From assembly GCA_036785375.1 (NCBI GenBank), contig JAWMAR010000314.1, positions 1,550,001 to 1,614,000 on the forward strand: DNA of 64,000 bases. The letters are read 5' to 3'. The DNA is from Leucoraja ocellata. Taxonomy: Eukaryota. A program made the position numbers and the translations under genes. Below, piece by piece: positions 1-12,583 of the stretch (positions within the stretch are counted from its first letter, which is position 1; each line of letters opens with the position of its first letter). Below the pieces are notes generated by a model. It was not told the DNA's origin. It saw nothing but the letters and a program-made list of their open reading frames with translations, and ran no database searches.

Positions 1-439
1 ACAGAGCTTGTTCAAGCATTCAGAGGAAGAGAGCCATGGGTGTCTTGTAGTTTAAAAACAAAAACGCTCCCAGAAGTGGCTCCACAAACAGCAATTCCCA
101 TTGTGTGAATTCAATAGCTTCTGCTGACCTCAGTCTGCCACCACCCTGACCATTGTGGGAGGCGCTTAGACCGGGAATCCGATGTGTTCTGAAAGGGGTG
201 ACGTGTGCCTCCCACTCATGAAGAATAACGGTTCTCATGAAATCCTGCTAAATACTGTCAGCTATGTTTCCTCGTAACATTTTGAGCAACAGCTTTCCGT
301 AATGGGAACCTGCTTGTAAACCCTGGTGAATTTTACCTGGAGGAAAAATTGCAGAAGACCTAAACTAAAATGAGCTATTCTTTCCATCTTCATGTTTCCT
401 TATAGGAATGCCACTCAGCCCATCAAGTCTATGTTGACA

Positions 440-857
440 GACAAAAGTGCTGGAGAAACTCAACGGGTGCAGCAGCATCTATGGAGCGAAGGAAATAGGC
501 AATATTTCGGGCCAAAACCCTTCTTCAGACTGATGTTGAGTGAGGGGGGAGAAAAAAGGAGAAAGGAAGAGGAGGAGCCCGAGGGCTGAGGGAGAGCTGA
601 GAAGGGGAGGAGACAGCAAGGGCTACCAGAAATTGGAGAATTCAATGTTTATGCCACTAGGGTGCAGACTGCCCAAGTGGAAAATTGAGGTGCTGCTCCT
701 CCAATTTCCAGTGGTGCTCACTCTGGCCATGGAGGAGGCCCAGGGCAGAGAGGTCGGATTTGGAATGGGAGGGGGAGTTAAAGTGCTGAGCCACCTTGAG
801 ATCAGGTTGGTTAATGCGGACCGAGCGGAGGTGTTCAGCGAAACGATCGCCAAGCTG
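440..857 (-). mobile_element. Penelope-like (Neptune-type) 3' fragment: GIY-YIG C-terminus plus pLTR with degenerate hammerhead motif
   Basis: Minus ORF reads LGDRFAEHLRSVR..VAQHFNSPSHS..LGLLHGQSEHHWKLEEQHL; followed on the minus strand by GTCTGAAGAAGGGTTTTGGCCCGAAA (plus 505-530). Confidence 0.85.
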
Positions 858-989
858 ACTCACAGAGCAATCCCAGACTCCCACTAAATTGCCAAGCAAT
901 TTATTATCACCCCATTCCCATTAACACTCCCGAGATTCTATCACGCTGAGGACAATTTGCAGTGGCCCATTAGCCCACCGACCATCATT

Positions 990-1410
990 TCACTCACCTT
1001 CTGTTCAAAGCGAGCATGAAATGCATCAAATGCATTGAGAGGGCTGCAATGTTGCAGTGATACTGGCCAACTTCAGTTTGTAGACTGTTATAGCATGCAG
1101 GATTTGCTGCAATTGTCAGGTGTCCATGTGTTTATCCCGGGATTCTAGCTTGGTCCAGAATTCTCTATCGGTATCCTCGATGGCTTTGCGAAGGTTACAA
1201 ATAGATTTTTAGTATCGCTTAAATCCTGCAGACTGGGCCTTCACGGTTCATCCATGGTATCTGTTTGGGGAACACTCATCTTGTCCTCCACATTTGCTGC
1301 TGTAGTCTTTACTGGCAGTGGCATACTCATTTAGGTTGGCTACAGAGTCCTTGGTCATGGATCAGTCCATCAACTCAAAGCAGTCACAATGCATCCCATC
1401 TGTTTTATAG
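990..1410 (-). mobile_element. Old Rex-Babar LINE ORF fragment (linker between APE and RT)
   Basis: Frameshifted minus translation ..PWMNRE..LRKAI..EFWTKLES..LHAITVYK..DAFHARFEQKVS parallels MNSEVR..QAITDY..FYGRFD of the 50060 ORF. Confidence 0.7.
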
Positions 1411-1462
1411 ACCAGCGCTGCATAACTTTATTTGCCCTATCCTCCCACTTCAGTTTCTGCTT

Positions 1463-1723
1463 GTAGTTTAGATTTTAGTTTAGAGATACAGCACGGAAAC
1501 AGGCCCTTCGGCCCACCGAGTCCGCACCGACCAGCGATCCCCGCACATTAACACTATCCTACACACACTAGGGACAATTTACATTTATACCAAGCCAATT
1601 AACCAACAAACCTGTATCTTTGGCGAAGATTTGGGCAAAAACCCACGAGAACATGCAAACTCTGTACAGACAGCACCCATAGTCAGGATTGAACCTGGCA
1701 CTGTAAGGCAGCAACTCTACCGC
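1463..1723 (-). mobile_element. HE1-type V-SINE, internally deleted
   Basis: (TAAAC)n tail, GGGCCTGTTTCCGTGCTGTATCTC 3' end, partial tRNA-like head CAGCGGTAGAGTTGCTGCC. Confidence 0.85.
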
Positions 1724-2035
1724 TGGGAGTAGATGCACAGCCAGGGGTCTTGTACTTGGCATCCACAAAACAAAAATGTCTCATTGTACTTTACTGCCCT
1801 TTGGCCATAAATGTCCACGATGAGACCCTGGAAAATGTGGATCACTTCCCATAACATTGGAGCCACGTATTAATGAAAACAAATATTGATGATGACATTC
1901 ACCACTGTCTCTAGTTCACTACCAAAGCCTCGGGATAGCGGAGTGCTTGGAGATCAAGTCCAAACACTAGATTAATGGGCTGGTCATGGGCAGCAGTGAT
2001 CCCTGCTCATGGATATCTTGCAGTAGATACTCTAA

Positions 2036-2646
2036 AGGGCCTGTCCCACTTAGGCGATTTTTTTAGGCGACTGCCGGTGACCGTCATAGTTGTAGCAGGT
2101 CGCTGAATAAACGGCGACTGGACCCCTCCCACGACAATGTCTATGACAAGCTACAACAACCTGCCACCTAGTTGACGTCAAGCTACGGCAAGCTACCGAC
2201 AACCGGCGACCCATTGGGACGTCCATCTACGACCACACCTACAACAACCTACGACCACATAGGTTGACAGCCTACGACAACCGAAGTCAACCTACGTCCA
2301 CCCGCGACAAACTACGACAAGCAACGACCCTGCCGGCAACTCAGTCGCTGGTACCTGTTGCTGGTTGACGTAGGTTGACGTAAGTAGTCGCTAATGGACA
2401 ACCTACATCACCTGGCAACAACCTACGACAGCACCTGCGTCAGGAGAAGTCAAGCTACGCTCATTGGCGTCAACCCACTGTCGCCGAAAATTTTTGAACA
2501 TGTTGAAAATCCAGCGGCAACCAGAAAGATGCTACGACTCTTTGAGCGACTGAGGAGACGACTCACGACCATACAGGCGACCCCTCGGCAACCATGTGGC
2601 AACAGCCTGTAGTCGCCTAAAAAATAGCCTAAGTGGGTCAGGCCCT
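2036..2646. mobile_element. Harbinger/PIF-like MITE, family A
   Basis: TIRs AGGGCCTGTCCCACTTAGGCGATTTTTTTAGGCGACT / AGTCGCCTAAAAAATAGCCTAAGTGGGTCAGGCCCT; flanks TAA and TAG; internal CTACGAC repeats. Confidence 0.85.
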
Positions 2647-2934
2647 TAGAGCGTTGGAATAATAGAACATAGTACAAAGAATACAGAAGAGAGCAGCACA
2701 TGAACAGGCCTTTCAGCCCTCACCATCCACAATGAACATGATGCCTGGTTACACTAATCTCCTCTGTCTGACGTGATCCATATCCCTCCATCCTCATTGT
2801 CAAAAAGATTAAAAGTACAATCCAGAACATTGTTATATGATTGCAACCAGTAGGACAAAAATCCAAATCAAACTGGAGACCCTGACACAAAATGTATTTA
2901 TTTTCACCACACATAATCAGAAAATTATTCTGTA

Positions 2935-3103
2935 TTGAAGAGATAGATATAGCTCTTAGGACTAACGGAATCAAGGGATATGAGGAGAAAGCAGGAACTG
3001 ATTTTGGATGATCAGCTATGATCATATTGAATGGCGGGGCTGGCTCGAAGGGCTGAATGACATCTATTTTCTGCACCTATTTTCCATGTTACTATGTTTC
3101 TAT
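2935..3103 (+). mobile_element. CR1-type LINE 3' end
   Basis: GATCAGCTATGATCATATTGAATGGCGG..GGCTCGAAGGGC and degenerate (CTATGTTT)n tail, as in other copies in the window. Confidence 0.8.
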
Positions 3104-3842
3104 AATGTTGGTCAAGCTCATGGGAGCACAAATGCCAAACTTCATTGGCAGCTAAGCTCGTGTTCGGCTTTCCACTGGATCACACAAGCCAAGAACAGCT
3201 TCCTCACCCGTAATGGCTGCAACACAACCGGTAATATTAAGTGCTTGATATCATAATTTACTTGAAATCATTTCTGCAACCTGGATAGGGATTTCCAGCC
3301 ACAGAGGATGGCAATGTGTTGTTACTGGTAATCACCCAAGCTGCACACTGGTGAGGGGGGTCAACATGCAATGCTTGCCCCAAAATCCACTGAAGGGGGA
3401 ATTTTGTGGGCCTTTCCTGTTTGTAGAACAGGACATCTCCAAAGATGCTTATGGCAGAGAGGTCCATCAATGGACAGGTCTATGAATGTAGCCATTCCAC
3501 GGAGGCATTGCTGTATCAACTTCAACGTACTCCCCTAGATGTTACTGAGAAAGATGTTGCAAGACCCACCGCACTGCCTCAATCTTACCCTGGTGCAAGG
3601 GTCCATTCAACTTTCCTCTTTGTATTGGTTGACTGTGATGAGGTGGTTTCCTGACGTATCTCAGGAGCTGCTGCCCAGATCGTGGGGCTGTAAAGTAGTC
3701 TAAACTGGAGGAGATGAGGGTACTCCTTTACACTGATGGCTGCCCTGTTCGAGAGAGCGTCAGTCCTTTACAAAGATGGAACCTGTGAACCTACATCATA
3801 ACAATACTACCTCCTTTGGGATAATGGGGTTCATTTAAAAGG

Positions 3843-4018
3843 TGTTTAAGAAGGAACTGCAGATGCTGGAAAATCGAGTGTCTGAAGAAGGGTTTCGGCC
3901 CGAAACGTTGCCTATTTCCTGTCTGAAGAAGGGTTTTGGCCCGAAACGTTGCCTATTTCCTTCGCTCCATAGATGCTGCTGCACCCGCTGAGTTTCTCCA
4001 GCATTTTAGCGTACCTTC
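3843..4018 (+). mobile_element. Penelope-derived short insertion with two tandem hammerhead-like motifs
   Basis: Antisense pLTR end (GTTTAAGAAGGAACTGCAGATGCTGG) then two copies of GTCTGAAGAAGGGTTTYGGCCCGAAACGTTGCCTATTTCCT (41-bp period). Confidence 0.8.
3882..3950 (+). ncRNA. Two tandem minimal type I hammerhead-ribozyme motifs (3882-3909, 3923-3950)
   Basis: CUGANGA core, helix II GGGU-UUCG-GCCC, GAAA, palindromic ACGU, GUU cleavage triplet; helix I only about 2 bp. Confidence 0.55.
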
Positions 4019-4854
4019 ATGTAGATGGTTACTTGATGAACACCATCGACATGATGGGCCGAAGGGACTGTTTCTGTGTTGCATAACTCCGTGGTTCGAT
4101 GACTTTTCAGCCAATTGCAGAAAAAACACCAATGATTTCTTGAAAGCTTGTGGCCCCCTTTTAAGCATCTTTCAGGTGTTTTGATGCCAGTCCCAGCTCT
4201 ATTTTCTGCCTTCTCCCACCTTCAATCCCAGCCTTGGATCCCACACCACCCTTCTCACAACAGTAGGAGGAGGGGTGAAGGTGTACAATTTGTCACTCTG
4301 TATTGTGTCCTTGCAAGTCACAGGATGAAAGATCTGTGGTTGGCACAGAGAAAGCTGAGTGTGCAGTAATACAGGGAGGATTACATCAGAGGTAAAGTGT
4401 CGGATGGATGATTGTCCTGTGTTGCTGCGCTACAAGAAGTGATTTTGTTAATAACGCAAGGCAGCAGATTGGTAGATGACTGCTGCATTCACCAGCGCAG
4501 GTTTAATGAGGTCTCGACACACACAACAATTGCTTTATTAACACATTTTGCCTTTTATCCATCCCCAGACAACTAAATTATTGATGTAATGAACATAGTG
4601 TATAGCTGTCCAAATCCAAATTGAGTTCTTCCTCTAATCAGTACATTGTCAAATACCAACATCCTCGAGACTTTCACTAATTAGAATCAGGCTCTTCTAG
4701 GGGAATCGACAATGGCAATTCTGCAGAGACCTTCCAGAACCTTCCTCCAGACAGCAGAGGTCATTATTGTGTGTTTGTCGTATCCCGAGTTGGACAAATC
4801 CCAGAGATAGACCCGGAAGGTTGCACTTGGTGGCAGCAGTATCGAGGACAAGAC

Positions 4855-5080
4855 CTACACCCACGCCGACTAGCGACCCCCTTACACTAACACTAATCGA
4901 CACACTTGGGGCAATTTACAATTTACAATTTTTACCAAGGTCAATTAACCTACAAGCCTGTGCGTCTTTGGAAATCGGGAGGAAACCGGAGTCCCCTGGG
5001 AAAACCCACAGCACCAGGATCAGGATCGAACCTGGGTCTCTGGCGCTGTAAGCCAACGATTCTACCGCTGCGCCATGAAG
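4855..5080 (-). mobile_element. HE1-type V-SINE
   Basis: tRNA-like head (ATGGCGCAGCGGTAGA), B-box-like GGTTCGATCC, V-domain CTCCGGTTTCCTCCC. Confidence 0.8.
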
Positions 5081-5595
5081 GGCACCTAACCCGTAGTAAA
5101 TGGTGGGGCTGGTAGCGTTGCACACCCCTCTCCGGTGGCTTCCTGCATTAACATTCTCTCACATGTGCACTGAAATCTTTCCACAACATTGTGAAGTTTC
5201 TCCTTCATTGCACTTGTTATGACTGAAGAAACACTTGATTGCGGTGTCAATAACCAGCTTGCTTCTATTTCCAGACTGTCTAGACTGTACCCACTGGAGA
5301 GAAGCAAAAATAATTAAAGTAAGGATGTTGAAGCAGGCTTTCTCTCTGGGCAGACAGCAGGGATGAGTAAAGATGCTGGTACTGTGGATGGAGTGATTGT
5401 AAGCAGTGTAAGTGCAGGATACGGTCAATGCACAGTGTGCCCACGGCTGCCTGAGCCCTGGGTAAACCACTGCCTCAGAGCTCGGCGACTGCTGAACGGG
5501 CATGTCTGGTGTGGGGGGGTGGGGGAGTTGTAGGGTCAGTGATCAAGATCGGAAACGGAGAACAAAGGAAACACTGGTGATGAGGATCAGGTTTA

Positions 5596-5801
5596 GTTTA
5601 AGAAGGAACTGCAGATGCTGGAAAATCGAAGGTACACAAACATGCTGGAGAAACTCAGCGGGTGCAGCAGCATCTATGGAGCGAAGGAGATAGGTAACGT
5701 TTCGGGCCGAAACCAAGGGTTTCGGCCCGAAACGTTACCTATTTCCTTCGCTCCATAGATGCTGCTGCACCCGTTGAGTTTCTCCAGCATTTTTGTGTAC
5801 C
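5596..5801. mobile_element. Penelope-derived fold-back insertion
   Basis: ~80-bp inverted arms meeting at GGGCCGAAACC/AAGGGTTTCGGCCCGAAACG; TSD TCAGGTTTA at 5587-5595 and 5802-5810. Confidence 0.85.
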
Positions 5802-5807
5802 TCAGGT

Positions 5808-6125
5808 TTAGTTTAGTTTAGTTTAGAGATACAGCACGGAAACTTGCCTTTCTGCCCACCGAGTCCGCACCGACCAGCGATCCCTGCACATTAACACTAT
5901 CCTACACACACCAGGGACAATGTACACTTACACCAAGACAATTGACCTACAAACCTGTGCATCTTTGGAGTGTGGGAGGAAACAGAAGATCGTGGAGAAA
6001 ACCCATGTGGTCACGGAGAGAACGTACAAACTCCATACCGACAGCACCTGTCGTGGGGATCGAACCAAGGTCTCCAGGACTGGAAACGCGCTGTAAGGCA
6101 GCAACTATACCGTCGCGCCACCTTG
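5808..6125 (-). mobile_element. HE1-type V-SINE, near full length
   Basis: (TTTAG)n tail on plus strand, V-domain, tRNA-like head at ~6095-6125. Confidence 0.9.
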
Positions 6126-6689
6126 CCGCCCTTCCCACGGTTGGAGGGGGGTACAGTTGGAGGAGGGAAGGGGCAAGTGGGTGATGGGGCCTTGGGGCTG
6201 GGGCAAGATGGGTGGGTCAGGGATCGAGACAGAGTCTGGATAAGGTTGGAGGGGGAAGCAGTGAATGGGCACGTGGATCTGGGAGCTCGGAGAGGAGTGG
6301 GTGTACGGCCAGGAGCAGGTTCTGGGATGTGTTTGGAGGGGAAAGGGTTGGTTTAGTGATCAGATCTCGGGACTGGGGGGAGATGGAAGGGTAAATTTCA
6401 GGATCCAAGGTGTGGTCGGAGTCAGAGGCAGATCAGTGGCCAGGATCAGGGGTGGGATACGGTTGGAAGGGAGGGGACAGGTCAACAACAGGTCTAAGGG
6501 CTGGGGGAAGGAATTGGGGTCAGTCAGCAGTCAGGATTTAGTCTTGGTGGGTGGGGAAGGTTGGCTTAGTTTAGTTTAGTTCAGTTCAGTTTAGTTTATT
6601 GTCATGTATACCAAGGTACAGTGAAAAACTTGTTTGTTGCGTGCTATCCAGTCAGTAGAAAGACTATACATCACTGCAGGTGTCAGAGG

Positions 6690-6800
6690 CCGGAGAATGG
6701 GATTAGGAGAGAGAGATAGATCAGCCATGATTGAATGGTGGAGTAGACATGACGGGCCGAATGGCCTAATTCTACTCCTATCACTTATGACCTTATGATT
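6690..6800 (+). mobile_element. CR1-type LINE 3' end
   Basis: GATCAGCCATGATTGAATGG..GGGCCGAATGGCCTAATTCT plus CTTATGA tail. Confidence 0.75.
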
Positions 6801-7044
6801 ACCAGTGATTGGAGTGATCATTGATGGGAGCTAATGTTCCCAAGACAGGGACTCATTTTTTCAGCGAAACTCTAAATGAATGTTCCAGGTAATTGATGCA
6901 CGTCGGAGTTGAATTTCTGGATGACAACACTACTGCAAGCTGGTTTTGCATTTAAATCACACATTTCATGTGAGCATGTCGAAGCATAGTTTGAAGTGCG
7001 ATGCATTAAGAGATAATTAGTTTGGGCAGCAAAATTCATTTTTT

Positions 7045-7290
7045 AAATTTAGTTTAGAAATACAGCATGGAACTCATCCACTCCCTACACACTAAGGGCA
7101 ATTTGTAGAGACCGCTTTACCTACAAACCCACATGCCTTTGGGACGTGGGAGAAAACCTGAGCACCCGGAGGGAAACCACGCAGTCTCATGGAGAACATG
7201 CAAACTCCACACAGACAGCACCCGAGGTTAGGATTGAACCTGGGTCTTTGGCATTATGAGTCAGCAGCTCTACCAGCTGTGCCACTGTCA
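7045..7290 (-). mobile_element. HE1-type V-SINE, degenerate
   Basis: Tail, V-domain and head remnants match the other copies. Confidence 0.75.
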
Positions 7291-7650
7291 TCCCATTGTC
7301 AAATCCCTCCACGGCCTTTCCTCTCCAATTCTTCGATCACACCAGACCAGAGCCGGGCAAAGGGTACTTGCCACAGGAGATTCCAACCACAGATCCCGCC
7401 ACCATCACCACCCTGAGGGGCGACCACCGAACAGACACTTGGCTGGACCAGCTAGAGTGTGGTTGCAGGGTTTGACCAGCCAGAGTGTAGTTACAGGGAC
7501 AAGTCAGAGGCTGGCTATCCTGCAGCGTGTCACTCACCTCCTGACACTCAATGCCTTTGCACCGTTTACTAGGCACGTCAGGAGCAAGGCAGAATGGATG
7601 GATGAGGACACCTCGAACATATTCTCAGGAAGCTCACATTATTGAGGGCA

Positions 7651-7844
7651 TGTGCAGGAAGGAACTGCAGATGCTGGTTCAAACCGACAGATAGGCATAA
7701 AAAGCTGGTGTAACTCAGCAGGTCAAATAGCATCTCTGTAGAAAAGGAATAGGATCTGAAGATGGACCTCGACCCGGAACGTCGCCTATTCCTTTTCTCC
7801 AGAGATGCTGTCTGACCCGCTGAGTTCCTCCAGCATTTTGTGTC
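7651..7844. mobile_element. Penelope-derived fold-back insertion
   Basis: Inverted arms joined just before CTGAAGATGGACCTCGACCCGGAACGTC; TSD TATTGAGGGCA / TATTAAGGACA. Confidence 0.8.
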
Positions 7845-8662
7845 TATTAAGGACACAAAAGCAGTCCCCTGGATTAGCACCCATCGTGCACCCTAAGTAT
7901 CCGTTGTTCCACCATCAGAGCACTGTAGCTGATGTTGGGCTCGCTACCTTCCTCAGCATAAAGCTATCTCCTGCTTCCACCATGATAAACGGATGGAGAG
8001 GCAGAAAAGCAACAAGGAACATGAGTCAGGAAGAGAGTGGTGAGTGCCCTGAGCGCTGAAACAAAGCAGCAAATTTGTCCAGGGAGGTGCGAACATGAAG
8101 CAGACAGCTGGCAGGCAATTCCGAGCTCCAGGCCGACAACAGACCTCCAGTGAGTTGTGCGGAGATGGTGCCAAGACAACCATCTGCTGCAGCAGTTTGC
8201 AGACAAATGGGGGACATGATCAACCTTTATTCATCCAGGCTGCTGTAGTCCCAACGCCAGTTTGTCATGGCACATGTAGGTCGCCTCCTGATGCCTTGCT
8301 CCAGCACTTTGTGCCTGGACTCTGGGATTTGTGCTGATCTTTGGCCAGTTGTAGAGGTGGCTGCCAATGTCGGAGCACTGCTTCTGGGGTAACCTAGTGA
8401 CGATGAGGTTCATGCTGCCATCGCCAATGCATAAGCAACGTCAATATGATGAAAGTGAATTAATACCTAAACGTGAGTCCCTGATCAACACTGGAAGGGC
8501 ACAGGGTGTCTGCATTTGTCATTCTTGTTGTAAGAAGGAGCAGTAATCGTTGTGCCTTGCATCGAGGTCCTGGGGTAATCGGGAGGTTATCCAACAACTC
8601 CAGATCATACCACTGCAGTCTCCCACAGGGAACAGGTCATAGGTTCATAAGTTCATAAGTCA

Positions 8663-9960
8663 CTAGACCAAGTGGGACCCGTTGGGTCCCATTCCCCCAA
8701 TGCAATATTCCACTCACCCATAGCCCCGGATTGCGCAGGCGCGGCTGACAGCTTCCCGTTGTGACGCCAGAGATCCCCGTTGTGACGCGAGTCAGGGCAT
8801 TCACCCCCAAGTGCGCCTCGCCATCCCTCTTCCTACCTCTATCCTCCTCCATTACCCCTCATCCCTCAGTACTCCCCCCTTCCCCTTCACCCTCCCTCTT
8901 CTTTCCCCTCTCATCCTCCCCTCCCTCACTCCCTCCCTCTCCTTACAACAATGTAACAAATCTCTCATTACACTGGGCAGAACACTGTTGACGGGCAATT
9001 TATGTAAATGAGATCCCATTGTGACACCATAGCTGTAACTGCCAATGCAGATGGAATTTTGTTTTCACAAAGTGGGATTTTGTAAAGTTAAAAATGTGAA
9101 TAACTTGTAAAATATTACATCAATCTGAATGAAACTTGATACACTACACCACAGGATAATGGTGAGTAAGGCAGTCCATAAATTGTAGCGCTATCGTGTA
9201 CTGTTTTGGCAAAAGTCACGTCATGACGGACATGCATGCACTTAGGCAAGGTGAGAGTTTAAGTAATATACTAGACCGAGTGGGACCCGTTGGGTCCCTG
9301 TCACACGGTAGGACTGGTCCCCAAATGCAATATTCCCAATATTCCCATTCACCCATGGCCCCCAACTGCGCAGATGGGGCTGACGAGTTCCCATTGTGGT
9401 GCTAGAGTCCCCGTTGTGACACGAGTCATGACAACAGTCCCCAATTGCGCCTCGCCATCCCTCTTCCTACCCCTATCCTCCTCCACTCACCCTTCATCCC
9501 CAACACTCACCTTCCCCTCCTCTTCACCCTCCCTCTTTTTTCCCCTCATCTCCCCCCCTCGCCCACTCCCTCCCTCTCCTTACAACAATGTAACAAATCT
9601 CTCATTGCACTGGGTTGAACACTGTTGACGGGCAGTTTATGTTAATGAGATCCCATTGTGACATCATACGCTGCTAACTACCAGTGGAGCACTGATGAGG
9701 GGCAGTTTATGTAAATTACATCCCATTGTGACATTATAGCTGATAACTGCCAGTGCAGATGAAAGATTATTTTCAAAGTAGGGTTTTGTAAAGTTAAAAA
9801 TGTGAATAACTTGTACAAACTAACATCAATCTGAACAAAACTTGATACACAACACCACAGGACTATGGTGAGTAAGGTGGTCCAAAAATGTTAGCGTTCT
9901 CGTGCATAGTTTTGGCGTAATTCAGCCCATGAATCACACACACATGTGCACAGAAACACA
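8663..9960 (-). mobile_element. Tandem non-autonomous Helitron, family H1 (units 8663-9270 and 9271-gap)
   Basis: Each unit ends on the minus strand with hairpin GGGACCC-AAC-GGGTCCC then CT(T/C)GGTCTAG|T, the Helitron 3' signature; unit bodies are similar to each other. Confidence 0.8.
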
Positions 9961-10257
9961 NNNNNNNNNNNNNNNNNNNNNNNNNNNNNNNNNNNNNNNN
10001 NNNNNNNNNNNNNNNNNNNNNNNNNNNNNNNNNNNNNNNNNNNNNNNNNNNNNNNNNNNNNNNNNNNNNNNNNNNNNNNNNNNNNNNNNNNNNNNNNNNN
10101 NNNNNNNNNNNNNNNNNNNNNNNNNNNNNNNNNNNNNNNNNNNNNNNNNNNNNNNNNNNNNNNNNNNNNNNNNNNNNNNNNNNNNNNNNNNNNNNNNNNN
10201 NNNNNNNNNNNNNNNNNNNNNNNNNNNNNNNNNNNNNNNNNNNNNNNNNNNNNNNNN
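9961..10257. other. Assembly gap
   Basis: Run of N. Confidence 1.
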
Positions 10258-10870
10258 ATTAATCTCCACTTTAAAAATACCCTTTGACTTGGCCTCCACA
10301 GCCGTCTGTGGCAATGAATTCCATAGATTTACCACCCTCTGGCTAAAAAAATCCTCCTCATCTCCTAACTAATGGTGTGTTCTTTCATTCTGGAGCTGTG
10401 CCATCTGGTCCGAGACTCTCCCACTAGTGGAAACACCCTCTCCATGTCCACGCTATCCAGGCCTTTCACTATTCGGTAAGTTTCAATGAGATCACCCCCA
10501 GTCCTTGTAAACTCTAGCATGCACAGGCCCAGTGCCTTCAAATGCTCACAATTCATAACTTATAGCAGCAGAATTGGACCATTCGGCCCATCAAGTCTAT
10601 TCCACCATTCAATCAAGGCTAATTAATTTTTCTCTCTCAATGCCATACTCCTGCCTTCTCCCCATATCCCCTGACACCATTATTTAATCATACTCATCAT
10701 ACGGTAACGCAATCATCCCCGGAATCATTTTCATAAATCTCCTCTGGAATGGATCCTCTCCAAAGCCAGCTCATCCCTCATCAGATATGGGTCCCAAAAC
10801 TGCTGACGATACACAAAATGTGATCTGACCACTCCCTGAAAAAGCCTCAGCATGACATCCCTATTCATTC
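10258..10870 (-). mobile_element. Cluster of CR1-type LINE 3' fragments
   Basis: Minus translations VNLWNSLPQTAVEA, GDLIETYRIVKGLD..FPLVGESRTR, RDVMLRLFQGVVRSHFVYRQQFWDPY. Confidence 0.8.
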
Positions 10871-11739
10871 CAGCCTCTGTGCTGTTGCAGCCTGCACCCT
10901 CATGGGTGAGTAGACTCACTGGAGGTCTATATTCTCAGGTGGAAGGTTCTACAATTTGTGCTTGCTCTATAAACAGAGTATGGGTTTAGGTTTATTAATG
11001 TCATACGTGTGATATGAGAGATGTGTGCCTAGAAATACTGCTGGGGGTGGCAGATGCAATAGTGGCATTTTAGAAACTTTTGGAAAGGCATATGGATCTG
11101 CAGGGAATGGAGGGATACAGATTATCTGCAGACATGGCAGAGTTGTTCTTATAAACATAGAAACATAGAAAATAGGTGCAGGAGGAGGCCATTCAGCCCT
11201 TCAATAATCGTCTCCAATCAATAACCAGTGCCAGCCTTCTGCCCATATCCCTTGATTCCACTCTATCTAACTCGTTCTTAGCGTCATGTTGTGGACAGAA
11301 GGGCCTTTCCTTGTGCTGAACTGTTCTATGTCCTATGCATACCGAGATACAGTGAAACGCTTTGTTTTTGCATGCTATCCTTTCAGATTAGATAATACTA
11401 AATATAAATACAATCGTCAAACTCAAGTATAATAGGGTGAGCAAAGGGGGAGATATACAGTGTATTAGTGAACAACTCCATGCTGCCCCGACCTCACTCA
11501 CACTGGGTGCGTTACCATCATGAAGCACTGGGGGTTCACCCAAGACTGAAATACTTGACCTGGGTCTCTTATCCTGACTTTGGAGTTTGCATGTTCTCCC
11601 TGTGACCACCTGGCTTTCCCTCAGGTGCTATGGTTGCCTCGTGGTAAGAGGTGGATGGATGGGTTAATCTGCTCATGTAAATTACTTGTTTAATGACAAC
11701 ATATTCAGAAAGGGGATTGGATGGATACTGTATATTAAA

Positions 11740-12165
11740 CAGTGATAAGCTTTGTTTGCATGCTATCCAGTCAAATCAAATAATACTGTACAAAAATTAC
11801 CAGAGTGCAGAATACAGTATGATAGTGTTACAGTTATGGAGAAAGTCCAGGTAAAGAAAAGTGCAAGGTCTCCAATGAGGTAGGTTGGAAGCTTGGGGTG
11901 CACCCTATATTATGAGAGGATTGATAACATACTTGCTGAATTTAGTGGTACGTGCTTTGAAGGTTTTGTACTTTCGAAGCAACCGTAGAGGGGAAAAGAG
12001 GGAATGGCCAGGGTGAAAATGGTCCTTGATTATGTTGGCTGTTTTCGCGAGGCAGCGTGAAGTGTGGGTCGAGTCAATGGGGAAGTAGCGGTTTATTTGA
12101 TGGAGGCGGATGCATCCACAACTCTCTACAATTTCCTGTGGACTTGGGCAGAACGTAACCACATG
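11740..12165 (-). mobile_element. Rex-Babar LINE 3' fragment
   Basis: FPIDSTHTSRCLAKTANIIKDHFHPGHSLFSPL, homologous to the C-terminus of the 50060 ORF. Confidence 0.75.
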
Positions 12166-12583
12166 CAGAGTTAGATGGAAATAAGGCGGGAACTGGGCTC
12201 AACGCGATTGGCCATGGGACTGATTTATCTAATGGGTTGATGGGCTGATGTCCTAACAGGTTCAGGGTCTTTGACCTGACACACTGCCTCTGAACATTTT
12301 TCTCCACAAATGCTGCCTGACCTTCTGAGTGTTTCCAGCTCTTCAAGTTTATATTGCAGACTCCCAGCATCTGATTTTCACTTTCCTGCCTTCCTCCAGA
12401 GAAATTCCTCCCTCTTCCCTCAACTCCAACGTTACATCATCTCATGATGCCATCTCAAGAATTGACAGCCTCCATCATATATTCTAAGCTCCTGTATGTA
12501 ACGCGTTGGCCTTATTAATTAGTCATAAATCATGTGAATATAACAGAGCGTGAATTCATTGTTTTTTTTTGGGAGAAGGAACA

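Noticed and set aside
990-1130. Apparent minus-strand exon ending at a strong AAG|GTGAGT donor
   Set aside because: The sequence translates as a decayed Rex-Babar ORF (..AFHARFEQKVS); the donor-like site is part of the LINE.
2170-2480. CRISPR-like periodic CTACGAC repeats
   Set aside because: Irregular 7-10 bp motifs inside a MITE in a vertebrate genome; no constant repeat-spacer structure and no cas genes.
3587-3790. Minus-strand exon candidate ending CAGG|GTAAGA
   Set aside because: No acceptor gives a frame compatible with the better reading of the 5163-5293 candidate, and no peptide is recognisable.
9902-10372. Long ORFs across N runs (also 15613-16194, 54656-55289, 61891-62406)
   Set aside because: Artefacts of assembly gaps.
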